64,000 nt of DNA from Octopus vulgaris (taxonomy: Eukaryota): assembly GCA_951406725.2 (NCBI GenBank), contig OX597833.1:30442001-30506000 (forward strand), written 5' to 3'. The notes beneath the pieces were generated by a model that did not search any database, had not been told where the DNA came from, and saw only the letters and a list, made by a program, of their open reading frames with translations. The translations under genes and the position numbers were made by a program. Shown one piece after another: positions 36,425-50,280 of this stretch (position 1 is the first letter of the stretch; each line of letters begins with the position of its first letter).

Positions 36425-39135
36425 ATGGGAAGAGTACCAGAGATGCCATCTTCTTGTACTCACTGCACCATGAAATTACATTGAACTGGTTCCTTGCAGA
36501 ATTTTTACAACCAATATGCTAACACCACCACTTTAAGATGTCTGCTTCAGTTTTTGCATTGAACAGATGATACGTAATAATTGAACCTTTCCAGTAACTC
36601 AGCTACTATCCCTGTATTCATATCCTGATAAACACCAACACAATTTTTGAAAGGCTAAAAGGAATCGGAGAAAAATATGTGCAAGCTGCAGGAAAAGTAC
36701 TTGGCCAAAAGTAAGCCATTGTACTTCGCATTTGTTGACCTGGAGAAAGCTTTTGACAGAGTTTCCTGCTCTGTTATATGGTGATCTATAAGGAAGTTAG
36801 GAGTAGAGGAGTGGTTTGTTAGAACTGTACAAGCTATGTACAGTACTGCTGTCAGTAAGGTGAGTCAGCCACGAATACAATGATGAATTTAGTGTACAAG
36901 TAGGGATTCACTGGGGCTCAGTTCTCAGCCCATTCTTATTCATTATCATCCTCCAGAACGTAACAGAGGAATTCAAAACTGGATGGTCATGGGAACTGCT
37001 ACATTCTGATGACCTTGCTCTTATTGCAGAATCTTTAACAGAATTGGAGAAAAAATTCCAGGTATAGAAACAGAACCTGAAATCAAAGAGCCTTAACCCT
37101 TTAGTGTTCGCATTACTCTGCCCAAATTAATGCTTTTTTTATCCACATTGTTTTGAACTAATCATGCATTATCTTGTAGCTATGAGATTTTGATGAGGTA
37201 GCTGTTAATTTTTAAAATGATATTGTAGGGTTGGTGTAAGAGACCAGATCTGGCCAGTTTGAACATAAAACAGGCAGAATACTTCTGGCCGGATATGGCC
37301 AGTTTAAATGCTAAAGGGTACAGGTTAACCTAGCAAAGACCAAAGTTTTTGTCAGTAAGAAAGAACATAAAACTCTAATTCCATCTCTAAAAGTGCTTAG
37401 GGCCATGTAGGAAAGGAGTTAGAAGAAATTCAATTCACTACACTCTGTAAACTATGGACACATAAGAGATGCAGTGGAATCACAGGTAGATTGACAGATA
37501 AAGTTGTCTTTGTATGTGGCAGATGTAGAGAGGTAGGTTGTGTGAAAAGTTTTTGTTATGTGTGTGGGACACACAGTGCTTCTAGAACTGAGAGCATATG
37601 GGACTTAGATTCTCTCAAATGCTCAGGAGGCTTGCTTGAGTTTGTAGATAGTCTCTGTTACTTAGGTGATCAAATTAGTAATGGTGGAGAATACTCTGAA
37701 AGTATTGTTTCTAGAATAAGAATAGGGTGGAGGAAGACTCTCTCAGTAAAAGGTAGACTGTAAGGTGCTTGCGTGCGAACAGCTATACTCCTTGGTAGTG
37801 AGACATAGGCTCTGAATGCAGAAGACGTGTAAACTGCAGAAAAATGAAGGCAGTATGCTCCCTTGGGTGTGTGACATCAGTGCGCATGTACAACAAAGTT
37901 CAAATGTATTGAAAGAAAAGTAGGGCATAAAAGGAATCAAATGTAGCATGCAAGAGAGAAGACTACATTGGTTTGGACATGTGATGCATATGAATTAGGA
38001 CAGCTGCATAAAGAAGTGTTGATCACTGAAAGTGGTTGGTGACGTGGGATGAAGTAGTGAGGACCGATCTCAGGATGTTGGGCCTCACTGAAGGAAATGA
38101 CAGTGGACTGAGATGTCTAGCAATATGAGGTTTTTGAGAAGACCTACCCATGTCAGCAAAACTGAGTTCTAGAAGCAGTGTGTGCCCCACCTACATGTAA
38201 CGAAAACTTTTCACACACCCTACCTCAACAAACCAATCTACATCTCTACATCTCTTTTCTTCCTCACATTTCATCCTTCATGAACTATGCCAACCTCTCA
38301 CTCCCCAATCCTGTCTTCATGGACCCTGTTTCTCTTTATCATTGCTATCCAGTAGCTTTCCTCCCTCTCTGTATCCCCAGGTTTTCACCACTCATTTCCC
38401 CTTCCCACTCTCTACTCACACTTCTTTGGCAATATCCTGCCACTTATATTATGAACTTCAAACATCAAGAGTATACCCTGGCAGTGCTAGGGCATATCTC
38501 TCTCTACCTTTGCTTGACCATCCCATTTATATTCTGATCCCCATCCCTTGTTAGTATGCCCGGCTCTTTGCTGCCATCTCTATCCTGCTGTCTCCTTCTC
38601 TCTCTCTCTCTCTCTATCCTGCACTTTCCTCTGATTGGGTAACCATGTATCTCCTTTGTGGCAGCACACATGTTTCTGTCTTCATTGCTGATCAATCTCT
38701 CTCTCTGGCCAAGTAACCTTGTACCTCTTCCACAGCAAGACACCTTTTTCTATCTCTTTGTCTCACTGTAACCTTTTATCATCTGACACAAGATCATCTC
38801 CAATGCCCCTCCCCTCTCAAGATTTTTATCTTGCAAGTTACTTGGTGACCCTGTCAGTGCAGGTGTCACTTAAAATGCATCCAGTCCACACTGTAAAGTA
38901 GTTGGCATATGGAAAGGCATCCAGCTGTAAAAACCTTGCCAAAACTAACCTTGCCTGTGCTTGTGCCACATAAAAAGCATTAAGTCCACTCTGCTGGGTG
39001 GTTGGTGTTAGGAAAGGTATCCAGCTGTAAAAATTCTGCCAAAACAGTCACAGAAGCCTGCTGCAGGCTTCTGCCTGGCTGGCTCCTGTCAAACCATCCC
39101 ACCCATGCTAGCATAAGGTGGACGATGATAATGAA
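36425..39135 (+). mobile_element. Degraded RTE LINE (RT to 3' tail) with nested MITE
   Basis: GKSTRDAIF, QLQEKYL, DLEKAFDRV, SDDL, LCYLGDQI; long pyrimidine-rich 3'UTR and tail motif. Confidence 0.88.
37097..37318. mobile_element. piggyBac-type MITE inserted in RTE
   Basis: TTAA|CCCTTTAG...CTAAAGGG; same family as 50878-51088 and 55980-56099. Confidence 0.85.
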
Positions 39136-39212
39136 TAATAAAGCTAAAGTGAAGACCAAATAAATAATGTGTGTGTTTATCAGCAAAATGACTATCTCCA
39201 AATATAACAATA

Positions 39213-39680
39213 GTTACAATAATATGTTTTCGTATGAAAAGTGATTGGATCTTTTTGTTGTTGAAAGAGACAAAATTAGCATGACCCCATTGAAGTATGC
39301 TTTCAAGGTCTCTATTTATAGAATCAGTACAAGTTTGGTACAAAGTGTCTATTTGCATGTCGATGACACTCGAATGGTGGAAGTTAGGGAGGAATGAAGA
39401 GTGGTATCATCTGCAAAGGAATGACTGTTATTGGAAGTGACAACAAGTAGGTTATTAATAAGAACAAAACAGAATTTTGGAGCAAGCCATAGTTGATGAT
39501 GTGGATCAGGGAGAGCTCTGTTAGTAAACAATATGATGCAATGATCTGTTGAAAGGTCATTGATCCAAGAAAGGGGTAGAGCCTGTAGGCAGGCAATTTT
39601 GCTTTGAGATTCATGTGCCAAATATGGTTGAATGCTGGTGTCAAATGCAATTACATTTTATGTCAAATGTCTTCATAGCT
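39213..39680 (-). mobile_element. CR1/L2/Jockey-like LINE, upstream half (RT core)
   Basis: AFNHIWH, SFADDTTL, NRDLESILQWGHANFVSFNNKKIQ; continues into 36081-35700 across an 11-bp duplication. Confidence 0.75.
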
Positions 39681-42223
39681 TACTAGATCAAATCTGACCT
39701 AGCAGCTAAACAAACACCGCCTTCAGAAGCTTTTGTCCATCTTGCTGTTAATTTGCTTCCATTGTGGCTGCTAGCCATCAAGGCAGCAAGTTTTATATTG
39801 AATACCGGTCCAAATGTTTGTAGACTTTGCCAATAGAATATGAACTGACTTCTGGTTTGTGATGACAGAGAACTGTATGAAAGATGTTCAAATAGAGAAG
39901 TCATATAAATCTGCAAGGCAAATGTTGAATGTACAAATAAGAGAAATGAGAATTGTATAATTACTGACAAGAACATGCACATGTGTAGTTGTTGTTTACC
40001 ACCAGGTCAGTCCTGATTAAGCAGATTTTTGAGTTGCTCAAGGCATAACCATTCAAGGTATAACCATTTTGACTTAGATATGAAAGATTATTTAATGTCC
40101 TTTTCTAATTTAAGATAAGATTTGGTTGCTATTTCTTGTTGGCTCATTGTTAATGTTGTATTGTTTATCTCCAGCTCAACTCTGACTGAGAGATTTATAA
40201 TCAAAAACTTTCCAATTCTGACCTATTCTTTTTTTGGATATTTAAGACTACATTGTCTACCCTTACTTTGAACTTACCTCTCTCTATCTTCAGTTATCTC
40301 TATCATACTCCATCTTAACACCTCATATATCTGCTGTCATTCTCAATACCCACTCATATCCGCCATCACATCCCACTCACTACAGTCACCCTTATGTACT
40401 CTTACATCTCCCTCTCAACACCTTCAACATCCTCCTCCTACCTTCTGACATATCCTCTTCTATCTCTCTTGCCTTACTCCCTCTCCATACTGATATTTTC
40501 CATCAAGTTGCACCTCCATCTTTGTTTATCACTCACTATATTCATTTATAACCCTATTTCTAATTATTTACTCTCCCTTCACACCCTTATGAAACTACCC
40601 ATCCTTTCCTCTTCTTGTTCACAATCCACTGTCCATATCTTCACTTTTGCTCACCTTCTTGTACCTTGAGAGTTTGCTCTGGTGCCTTATCATTACCATA
40701 TTATCTTCTTCCTAGCTACTTCTACCCACCTATATGTAATGTTGGGTAGCCATGTATTTCCTCTGTAGCAAACACCTATGCTTGACCCTCTATCATATTT
40801 AAGCCTTTCAACCCCTGGCATAAAGCCACCTCCCCCTCTCAAATACTCCCTGTCCCACTTAGGACTTTCTCCTTTTTCCTGTTTTTTTTTTTTTACTGTT
40901 TTGCAAATTACTTAGTGACTTCATTAGTGCCGATGGCACAAAAAAAAGTGGTTGGCATTAAGAAAAGATGTAGAAACCATACCAAAGCTAACACTGGAGC
41001 TTAACACAGCCCTGCAGCTTGCCAGATCCCAACACACCATCAGACTCATGCCAGCATAGAAAACAAACATTAAATAATGATATAGGGAATGAAGTGCGCT
41101 GATGTTTTCCTGTTTTTACTAGTATAATTCCAATGTTAAATTATTATATCAGAAGTTAATTGTGTAGATGGCTGAGTTGATAGTATAAGAGCTTCATATT
41201 TCAAATCCTTGCACTGGCACTTAGCTAAGATACTTAATTTTCAAATGTCCTGATCCATAATACCCAGAGTAGGAATGACACAAAATTCTAGGCTGTTGTA
41301 GCTCTCTAGAATTGAGTGCTACAGCAACTACATTTATTACTTATAATGTTAAGTTTAACTTCTTTGGGTATGTTCTACTAAGCTGACTTGCTGCAAGATC
41401 TATGAATGAACAATAATCATTAGAGGTGCCTATGATGCAGTATGTTATAGGACTTCCCGTCCTATAACTTAGAAATTGAATGCAAATATGCATGTTTGTG
41501 TGAAGGAGCAGATGGTTTTGTCCTTGCTTTCAGGGATATTTTTATTGCTGTGTCCCGAGAGGAACATCAGTACTCATACACAATGGGGTGAATGAAATGA
41601 AAGCAGTTAAAGTGGGTTTATAATGTCAAAATAGAAGAGAAGCCAATTCTATACAGTATTGGTATCTTTGGAACGACAGATTTTCATGTAATGTTTGGTG
41701 CATGTTTAGGGATAGGAAAAAAATATTAATGGCAAGAAACAGAAGACAAAATGCATTGGATGAGCTCAGATGGGGCTGAAATATAGCTAACAACTTGTAG
41801 GCATTAGATTTAAGTAACGTGATACCCATAACTGGTTATGTTATAAGAGGACCACTTAAAGACTCTGTGTAATGTAATTTGTTCAAATCAGTCATTTGAG
41901 TCTAAACCCCTCAAGGTCACACCCTGTAGAATATCTGGATTCATCACTATGAACTAGCACATTTGTCACTTATTCAATACTGCTGTTTTTGGTGGTATCT
42001 TTTACAGCTAAGTGAAGTGGACTACTTGTGGTTAGTCTTTGTCAGAGATGCATAACCCCACCTGTGCCGTGATGTCAAGCCAAGTTCATAAAACCTTAAC
42101 TTGAAGTGCTTGGCTTTCAAAGCTGATGAGTGCAAGTTGATCATCTTCATTCACCAGCTACCTTGTCCCTCAATTGTTGATGAAAATTGATTCTCTTTAG
42201 TCTTTTGTTTAACTTATTTTTAG

Positions 42224-42428
42224 TTCATCGTCGCCGACATAGTGGAGAGAAACCTTTCACTTGTTCTACCTGTGGCCGAGGGTTTACAACCAATGGCAAC
42301 AAATTACGACATGAGAAAACTCATTCTGGAGAGAAGCCATTTGAATGTCTGGAGTGCAAGAAACGTTTTACAGAGAAAAAATCATTGAAAGTTCATATGA
42401 GAAGTCACACAGGAGAAAGGCCTTACAA
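42224..42428 (+). CDS. C2H2 zinc-finger gene exon (end of finger 1, fingers 2-3)
   Basis: ttatttttAG|TTCAT completes VHRRRH; SGEKPF/TGERPY linkers; phase 2 donor AA|GTAAGT. Confidence 0.95.
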
Positions 42429-42819
42429 GTAAGTGGTTTTAAACCTGTACACTTCATGAGTTTGGTTAAATTCATATACCCTGATGAGAAGAATTTCATG
42501 TTTCTGGGAAGAAAGATATTCAACCACTGCCAGTTTTCTTTGGCTTTACATGAAATGGTATGCATGCATATGTTATACTTTTTTATAAATTATTTAAGCA
42601 ATGAAGAGTAGCAGAATGTCTGACAAAATACCTTACAGTATTTCTTTTTTCTGAATTCAAATCTCTATCAGTGTTGACTTCTATTCTAAAAATGCAAATC
42701 ATCCTTTCTTTCTTAAATAGCTCCTCTTAATTTTTTCTGTTCCGCAGAATTTCCATGGATCCTATTTTTTTAAGTCTGATTGATCTAAGTTGTGGGACAC
42801 AAACACAGACACAAATATA

Positions 42820-43766
42820 AATACAAGCTTTGATACAGTGTCCGAATCTCTCTGCTCAGAGGCATTCCACTGAACTTGACATCAATAATCAATCGATAAG
42901 GCGTATTTTACATGTAAACCTGCATTTCCACCCGTGTAAATTGGTCAGTGGGCAACAGTTGAAATCATGGGATTATGCACAATGGCTTAACTTCACATGT
43001 CAGATGGAGCAATTTTTGAGGCAAATGACTACCTCATTTTGTTAATGAGTGATGAAGCTCATTTTCATCTCAATGGCATGGTAAATCAACAGAACTGTTA
43101 TCAGGCTCTTGAAAATCTGAGAGAACTGTGCGAAAGACCACTGCAAAGCCCAAAACTGATGGTCTGGTGTGCTGTTGGAAAAGTTGCCATCATTGGTCCT
43201 TACTTTTTTGAAGACAGTAATGGGAATGCCGTTACTGTGAACTTTGAGCATTACATCAAGATGATAAACAACTTCTTTGTACCTGAATTACGATGAAAAC
43301 GTATGCCTATTCGATGTGTGTGGTTTCCGTTGGATGGGCAATGGCCCTCACAGCCAGAGCATCAATGGATGTTCTTTAGTGACCACCTCATTTCCAGGTT
43401 TGCTGACGTTCTTTGGCTCCCTCGGTCCCCTGATTTGTCCATGTAATTATTTCTTGTGGGGAAACCTCAAGGCACATGTGTATGGATATAAATAAACCCT
43501 GTACATTGGATGATTTGAAGGAAGCTATTTGTATGGAAGTCACCCAAATTGACAGAGCAATGCTGGAGAGAGTGGAGACCAACTTCCAAGAATGCCTCCA
43601 GAAATACATCGATGAAAATGGACACCACATGATAGATGTTTTCCATACTTGGTTTTGACAAATGTTAATTCAGTGCAAACAGATAGATGTCTATAAAATT
43701 TGTTTGCAGCTAAAGTTAATGATTTTGTGAATTTTCAAAAACGTCCATCCTCTCTGTCCCACCCTG
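42820..43766 (+). mobile_element. Tc1/mariner (maT/rosa-like) transposase pseudogene with 3' TIR
   Basis: MSDEAHFHLNG, VWCAV..IIGPYFFE, PRSPDL..YFLWG.LK, ENGHH; ends CACCCTG|TA. Confidence 0.9.
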
Positions 43767-43768
43767 TA

Positions 43769-45411
43769 CATGGTTTTTGTTGACCTAGAGAAAGTTTTTG
43801 GCAGAATCCCTTGCTCTGTTATCTAGTGGTCTCTAAGGAAGTTAGGAGTAAATGAGTGGCTTGTTAGAGCTGTACCAGCTATGTATAGCAGTGCTGTCAG
43901 TAGGGTGAGAGTCTTCATGAGTACAACAATGTATTCAGTGTACAAGTGGGGATCATGAGAGTTCAGTTCTCAGTCCACTTTTATTCATCTTAATCCTCCA
44001 GGCCATAATGAAGGAATTTAAACTGGCTGTTCATGCTGATGACCTTGCTCTTATAGCAGAAATGGAAATGAAATTCCAGGTATGGAAGCAAAACCTGGAA
44101 CCAAGATGCCTTAAAATTAACCTAGCGAAGACTAAGGTTGTTGTTAGCAAGAAAGTAGATAAGATTCACTTTCTGTCAGGTAAATGGCCCTGCTTACTAT
44201 GTAGGGGAAGTGTTGGAAAAAATTCCTTTTGATGCACCCAGTGCAAGCTATGAATATATAAGATGTGCAGTGGAATCACAGATTGGTTAACAGAAAAAAA
44301 TTGTCCTAGTATGTGGCAGATGCACAGGAACAATAAGCTCTAAGGACTCATGGGAATTAGACTCAAGCACCCAGGAGGCTCCCTTGGGTTTGTAAATAGG
44401 TGAGCAAATTAGTGGTGGGGGATGTTCTGAAAGTATTGTTGCTAGAATAAGAACAAGCTGGAAAAAGTTCAGAAAGCTATTACATCTGTTGGCAAAAAAA
44501 AGGATTATCTCTCAGAATGAGGAGCAGATTATATGACGCTTGTGTACAAATGGCTATCCTCCATGGTAGTAAAACATGGGCTCTGAATGCAGAAGACATG
44601 TGCAGATTACTCAGTAATGTAGCTAGTATGCTTCAATGGATATCCAACATCAATGTGCATGTGCAACAAAATGTAAATGTGCTGAGAGAAAAATTGAGCA
44701 TAAGAGGAATCAGATGCAGCATGCAAGAGAAAAGATTAAAGAAGTGTCATTCATTTAAAGTGGATGGCACCTGTGGAAGAGATAGAGTCGCAGGAAGATG
44801 TGGGATAAGGTAGTGAGGGCCATTTTCAAGATGTTAGGCCTCATGAAGGAGATGACAGTGAACCAAGATGTCTGGCAATATCAAGTTCTTGAGAACACCC
44901 ATCCACCTCAGTGAAGCAGTTCTGAAAGTGGTGTGTTCCACCTACATGTTACTTTAAATTTTTCACACACCGTACTCCAATAAACCAAACTACTTCTCTT
45001 CCTCACATCTCTTTTTCCTGTTCTATCCTCATCTCTTCTACAACCCAATCCTGTCCTCCTTACTCATGCACCCTAGGCAATCTTCTACCATCCCGTTTAT
45101 ATTCTCATCCTCACAAAGCCACCTCTTTCAATACCACCCCACTCTCAAAAGATCTTTGTCTTGCAAGTTACTCAGTGACCTCCCTAATGCTGATGCCACA
45201 TAAAAATCATCTGTGCTGGTGTCACATAAAAAGCACTCACTACACTCTGTAAAGTGATTGATGTTAGGAAGGGCATCCAACTGTAGCAACCATGCCAAAA
45301 CAGACAATTGGATCTTGGTGCAGCTCTCCAGTTTGCCAGCTCCTGTCAAACCATCCAACCCATGCCAGCATGGAAAACAAGAAAACAAATGTTAAATGAT
45401 GATGATGATGA
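43769..45411 (+). mobile_element. Degraded RTE LINE (RT to (GAT)n tail)
   Basis: HADDLALIAE, WPCLLC, RLYDACVQMAILHGS; tail motif. Confidence 0.9.
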
Positions 45412-46551
45412 GGTGTGTGTGTATATATATATATATGTGTATATACACATAGATGTGTATGTATAGGTTTGAATATTTGATATACTTATGTGTGCGTGTG
45501 CATGGCTGCAAGAACATGTATCAATGCATGGTTCTTTGTACAGCAGTATGTATAAATGTCAAACATACAATGTCATGTTTCTTATAACACCAGATTTTCT
45601 CCTGGGGTTGATTTTGTTTTTCATTCTTTCAGAGTCAATAAAATAGATATCAGTCTACTTGTGGGGATCGATGTAATCGACTAACCCCATCCACCAAAAT
45701 TTCAGGCCAAGAAAGAATAATTGATGTTAAATTATTTAAAAAATATGTTTTTGACATTTATAGAAAATCTGTTACAATGAAATTCATCTTATCCATGCAT
45801 GGAAAAGTGGACATTTAGACAATGAATATGATGATAATGATGCATTGCTATATGTGTGAATCTATACACAATGTCCATTTTTTTCTTATACTAGATTTTC
45901 TCCTGTGACTACTACTACTACTATTGATGTTGATTTATTTAAAAAAAAATTTTTTACCTTTGAATACTGTTGTCCCCCATCCTAGAGTTTCGCCAGCCCA
46001 CACACCTTCTGCACCCTCTGAGTTGGCACACTTAATGTTGGCACATTGAAAGGTAGGTCTGGTGAGAATGTTAAAATGCTTGAATGGAGATGTGTAGATT
46101 TGTGCTGCATCAAAGAAGTAAGGTAGAGAGGAAGTTCTGCTTGGTTCCTCACAAGTAAAGAACATAGGTATAAGATTTTCTGGGAACACTGATGGGGTGG
46201 GAGATGTGTGTATACTCCTTGCAGAGAAATGGATTGATAAGGTAATCGAGGTAGTCAGAGTTAGTGATAGAATACTTAAACTTAGACTAGTGCTGCAACA
46301 TGGATTAGCAGCCATTATCTCGGCTTATGCTCCTTTGCCAGGGCTACCTGATGAACAGAAAGACCAATTTTATGATACCCTCTTGTAGACTACCTTGTCG
46401 ACGAATGACAGGGACCTTCACTTTGTGACTGGCAACTTCAATGGGAATGTTAGACAACATCCAGGGAGTTTCTATGGTGTACATGGTGGCAACAGATTTG
46501 GTTCCCGCAATGAGGAGGGAACTGGAGTTCTGTGATACAAATAATCTTATG

Positions 46552-47560
46552 GGTTCTAAGAAAGTTTGCTGCAAACATTTTTGCCGCAGGAAAATTTACC
46601 TCAGGATTTTGGGCTGTAAGAAAGTTCGCCGCAAGACAAATGATGAGTTACCCTGTTGGTATATAATTGTTTCAACCAATAAGAAGGATTAAAGCAATCT
46701 TTTATTGCAAGTTCATTCGCAAAATTATCCCCCTTTAATTTTGCTCAGATTGTTTTCAATTGTGGTGTATTGTAAATTAAAGAATCTGATGTTATTTGGA
46801 ATTAAATTTGGGAAAATTTAGGTACTTTTAGCCAATCAACGGACAGCAAGGCATTAAAAGCTTGTTACCATGACAGCTGCATGTTGTGTTATGTTTTACT
46901 TCACCCATATGTGTTGTGTTGATTCTTCACACCATGAGATTCAATTCACCCATGTGTTTTGTTTTAATAAAAATTTTGCCTCCAACCTCTAATATTGCAA
47001 GACAAATGCGATGAAGTTGGTATCAGTGAGAATGCGTTACCATCTAAACTAGATGAAATTTCTGCAATTAATGACCATGCAGAAGTTTGTGAATCAGTGG
47101 CTAGTGATTTCAATTTTGTTTTTACAATGTAAACTTTTGGTTTTGATGGCTAAGAAGGATGGCAATGCTCGCCGAATGTTTTACATAGAAATAAATTATC
47201 ATTTTCCAGCATGGTATGCACTCTTTACATTCTCTATTTTCACATTTCCAATAGGTTTTTTCATCATATTTTCTGTTCATACTATAACCAAAGTGAAGAT
47301 CATCAACTAATTTCACACCGCCTCTGCTAGTTCCTGCTTGATAGACCATTGTAATGGGTTGGCTACATCAAAAGATATTGTTGAATGAATAAAGAAATTT
47401 TAAATAAGTTAAGAAATTGCTTTACCCCTTCTTATTGGTTGAAACAATTATATACCAAGGGAAGCAACTTATCTTTTGTTTTGCGGTGAACTTTCTATGG
47501 CCCAAAATCCTGAGGCGAATTTTTCTGTGGCAAAAATGTTTGCAGCGAACTTAGGAAACC
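46552..47560 (-). mobile_element. Non-autonomous Mutator-like (MULE) element with ~140-bp TIRs and FLYWCH remnant
   Basis: aaagtttgctgcaaacatttttgcc...aaccaataagaagg is inverted at 47427-47552; internal TSRGGVKLVDDLHFGYSMNRKYDEKTYWKCENRECK; TSD not resolved. Confidence 0.8.
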
Positions 47561-49847
47561 TGCCAGTTACCTGTTCCCCTACCAGTCTGGTGGGCACACT
47601 AGTCAAATTGACTACATTCTCACCAGTAAATGGGAAATATGGCTACTTATAAATGCCAAAACTTTCCCAGGTGAAGAATGCACTCAACTTGGGTTAGGAG
47701 TTAGCGACTTCAGGATCAAGGCTAAATGTCCAGAAGACGACCAGTATGGAAAAGAAGGGTCTGGAAGCTTAAGGATCCTCTGAATGGATAGAGATATAGA
47801 GACGTATTACTTGAAGCTTTTGATGAAAAAGAGGATATAGCATCACACAAATTGGAGAACAACTGGAAGTTCCTATGGGACAATCTGTTGAGGACTACTG
47901 ATCATATTTGTGGCTGGTGCAAAGTCCCCACTTGACCTAAGGTAATGTGGTGGTGGAATAATGTTGTTGACAGGGCCATTAGGGAAAAGAAACAGGCATG
48001 GACTGACTGGAAGTGTAGTGGTAGCAGGAAACTGTATCAGATCACCAGAAAGGAGGCTAGGCGACAGGTTTATTTAGCCAGAGGGGAAGCAGATAAGAAA
48101 AAATTAGCCAATGTTCTGTGTCATGAGGACCAAAGTCTTGAAGTGTTTCATATTGCAAGATAGTGTGTGAGAGAGAATATATCAGCATGGATGATGGCTC
48201 ACTTGCATTTAATGATACTGCAAAGATAGAGACTTGGAGATGCTACTATGAAAGGTTGCTAAATGAAGAGAATGAACGGGAGAAAGAGAGTCTGTCAAAT
48301 GTCAACCCAACAGAAGGACCAGCTATTCGAATTGGCAGTACCTTGGTAGATAAAAGAATTAAGGATATGAAGACGGGTAAATCCCCCAGCCCATTTGGAA
48401 TCACTACCGAGCTACTTAAAATATCTGACAGTGTAGGCTATAGTCTAGTCATCCGTATAGTCAACCAGGTGATACATGAAGGAGTCATACCCAATAACTG
48501 GTGTAGCAGCACCATAGTCAACTGCTATAAAGGTAAAGGTGACACATTAGATAGGAATAATTACAAAGGTATCAAATTGTTGAAGCAGGTGATGAAAGTC
48601 ACGGAGAGGTTCATAGCCCAGCTAATTAGGGAGAGAGTTAGTTTAGATGAGATGCAGTTTCAGTTTGTGCCAGGGAGAAGCACCACTGATGTTATATTTC
48701 TGGTAAGACAGCTGCAAGAGAAATTCCAAGCCAAAGATAAACCTCTGTACTTGACTTTCGTTGACATGGAAAGAACCTTTGACAGGGTGTCCTGATCCCT
48801 TATCTAATGGTCAATGTGGACACTAAGGATAGATGAGTGGTTGGTGAGAGCTGTACAAGCCATATACATGGACACTGTCAGTAAGGTGAGGATTGGCAAT
48901 GAGTATAGTGAAGAATTCAGGGTAGAAGTAGGGGTTCACTAAGGATCAGTCCTCCAGGCAATAACAGAGGAATTCAAAACAGGCTGCCTCTGGGAGCTCC
49001 TTATGCTGATGATCTTGTTCTAATAGCTGAGTTATTACCAGAACTAGAGAAGAAAGTGTGGAAGCAAGGTCTAGAATCAAAAGGGCCTTAGAATCAATCT
49101 AGCAAAAACCAAAGTCTTAGTAAATAGGAAGGTAGACAAATCACAAATCCCTTCAGGTAGATGGTGCTGCTCGATCTGTAGAAAAGGTGTACATAGAAAC
49201 TCCATAAGATGTACCTGGTATAAGCTATGGACACAACAAGTAGAGCAATATCAAAGGAAGCTTAATTGGGAACATGTACAGAAAATAGATTCCATTACAT
49301 GCCAGGGAGAAAAAAACAAGAAGTAGTTACCTAGGTGACCAAGTCAGTAGCAAGGGTGGATGCTCTGAGTGCACAGCTGCTAGAATAAGAATAACCTGGG
49401 CAAAGTTCAGAGAGCGCTCACCTCTGCTGGTAACAAAGGGCCTCTTGCCCAGAGTGAAAGGTAGACTGAATGATACTTGTGTGCAAACAGCCATGCTACA
49501 TGGCAGTGGAACATGGGCTGTGACTGCTGAGGACATACATAGGCTTGAAAGAAATGAAGCTAGTATACTTTGCTGGACAGAGTGTAAGCACCCTGAGAGA
49601 AAAGTTGGACATAAGAAGCATCAGATGTGGTATGTAAGAGAGACTTGTATGGTCATGTGTTGCGTGCGGATGCGGATAGCTGTGTGAAGGGAACCTGTGG
49701 ATGAGGTAGATCCAGGAAGATATGGGACGAGGTGGTGAAGCATGACCTTTGAATGTTGGGCCTCATAGAGGCAATGACAGACAACTGAAACCTGTGGAGA
49801 TACGCTGTGCTTGAGAAGACCCAGAAAGCCAAGTGAGATCGTGACTG

Positions 49848-50280
49848 ATGCCAGTATCACATAACTGGCCTGTTTAAAAGTACCCACTGTGCTTGAGAAG
49901 ACCTGTTGAGCCAAGTGAAATCGTAGTTGTGGCTGATGCCAGTTCTGCTCGACTGGTACTCGTGCCAGTGGCATGTAAAAAGCACTGTTCAAGCGTGACC
50001 AATGCCAGTGTCGCCTGACTGGCACCCATGCTGGTGGCACATAAAAAGCTCCATTCGAGGATGGTTGATGCCAGTGCCGCCTGACTGGCTCCTGTACTGG
50101 TGGCACATAAAAAGCATCATTCGAGCGTGGTCAATGCCAGTGCCACCTAACTGGCCCCCGTGCTCCATTTGAGTGTGGTTGATGCCACTGCCAGTGACAC
50201 GTATAAAGCACCATTCGAATGTGACCAATGCCAGTGTCACCTGACTGGCTCCCATGCTGGTGGCATGTAAAAAACACCCA
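49848..50280 (+). repeat. ~66-bp tandem units in the RTE 3'UTR (~6-7 copies)
   Basis: atgccagtg..cctgactggc...gtggcacataaaaagc recurs. Confidence 0.85.

Noticed and set aside
49848-50280. Regularly spaced ~66-bp palindromic repeats resembling a CRISPR array
   Set aside because: Eukaryotic context, no unique spacers and no cas genes; the units lie in an RTE 3'UTR.
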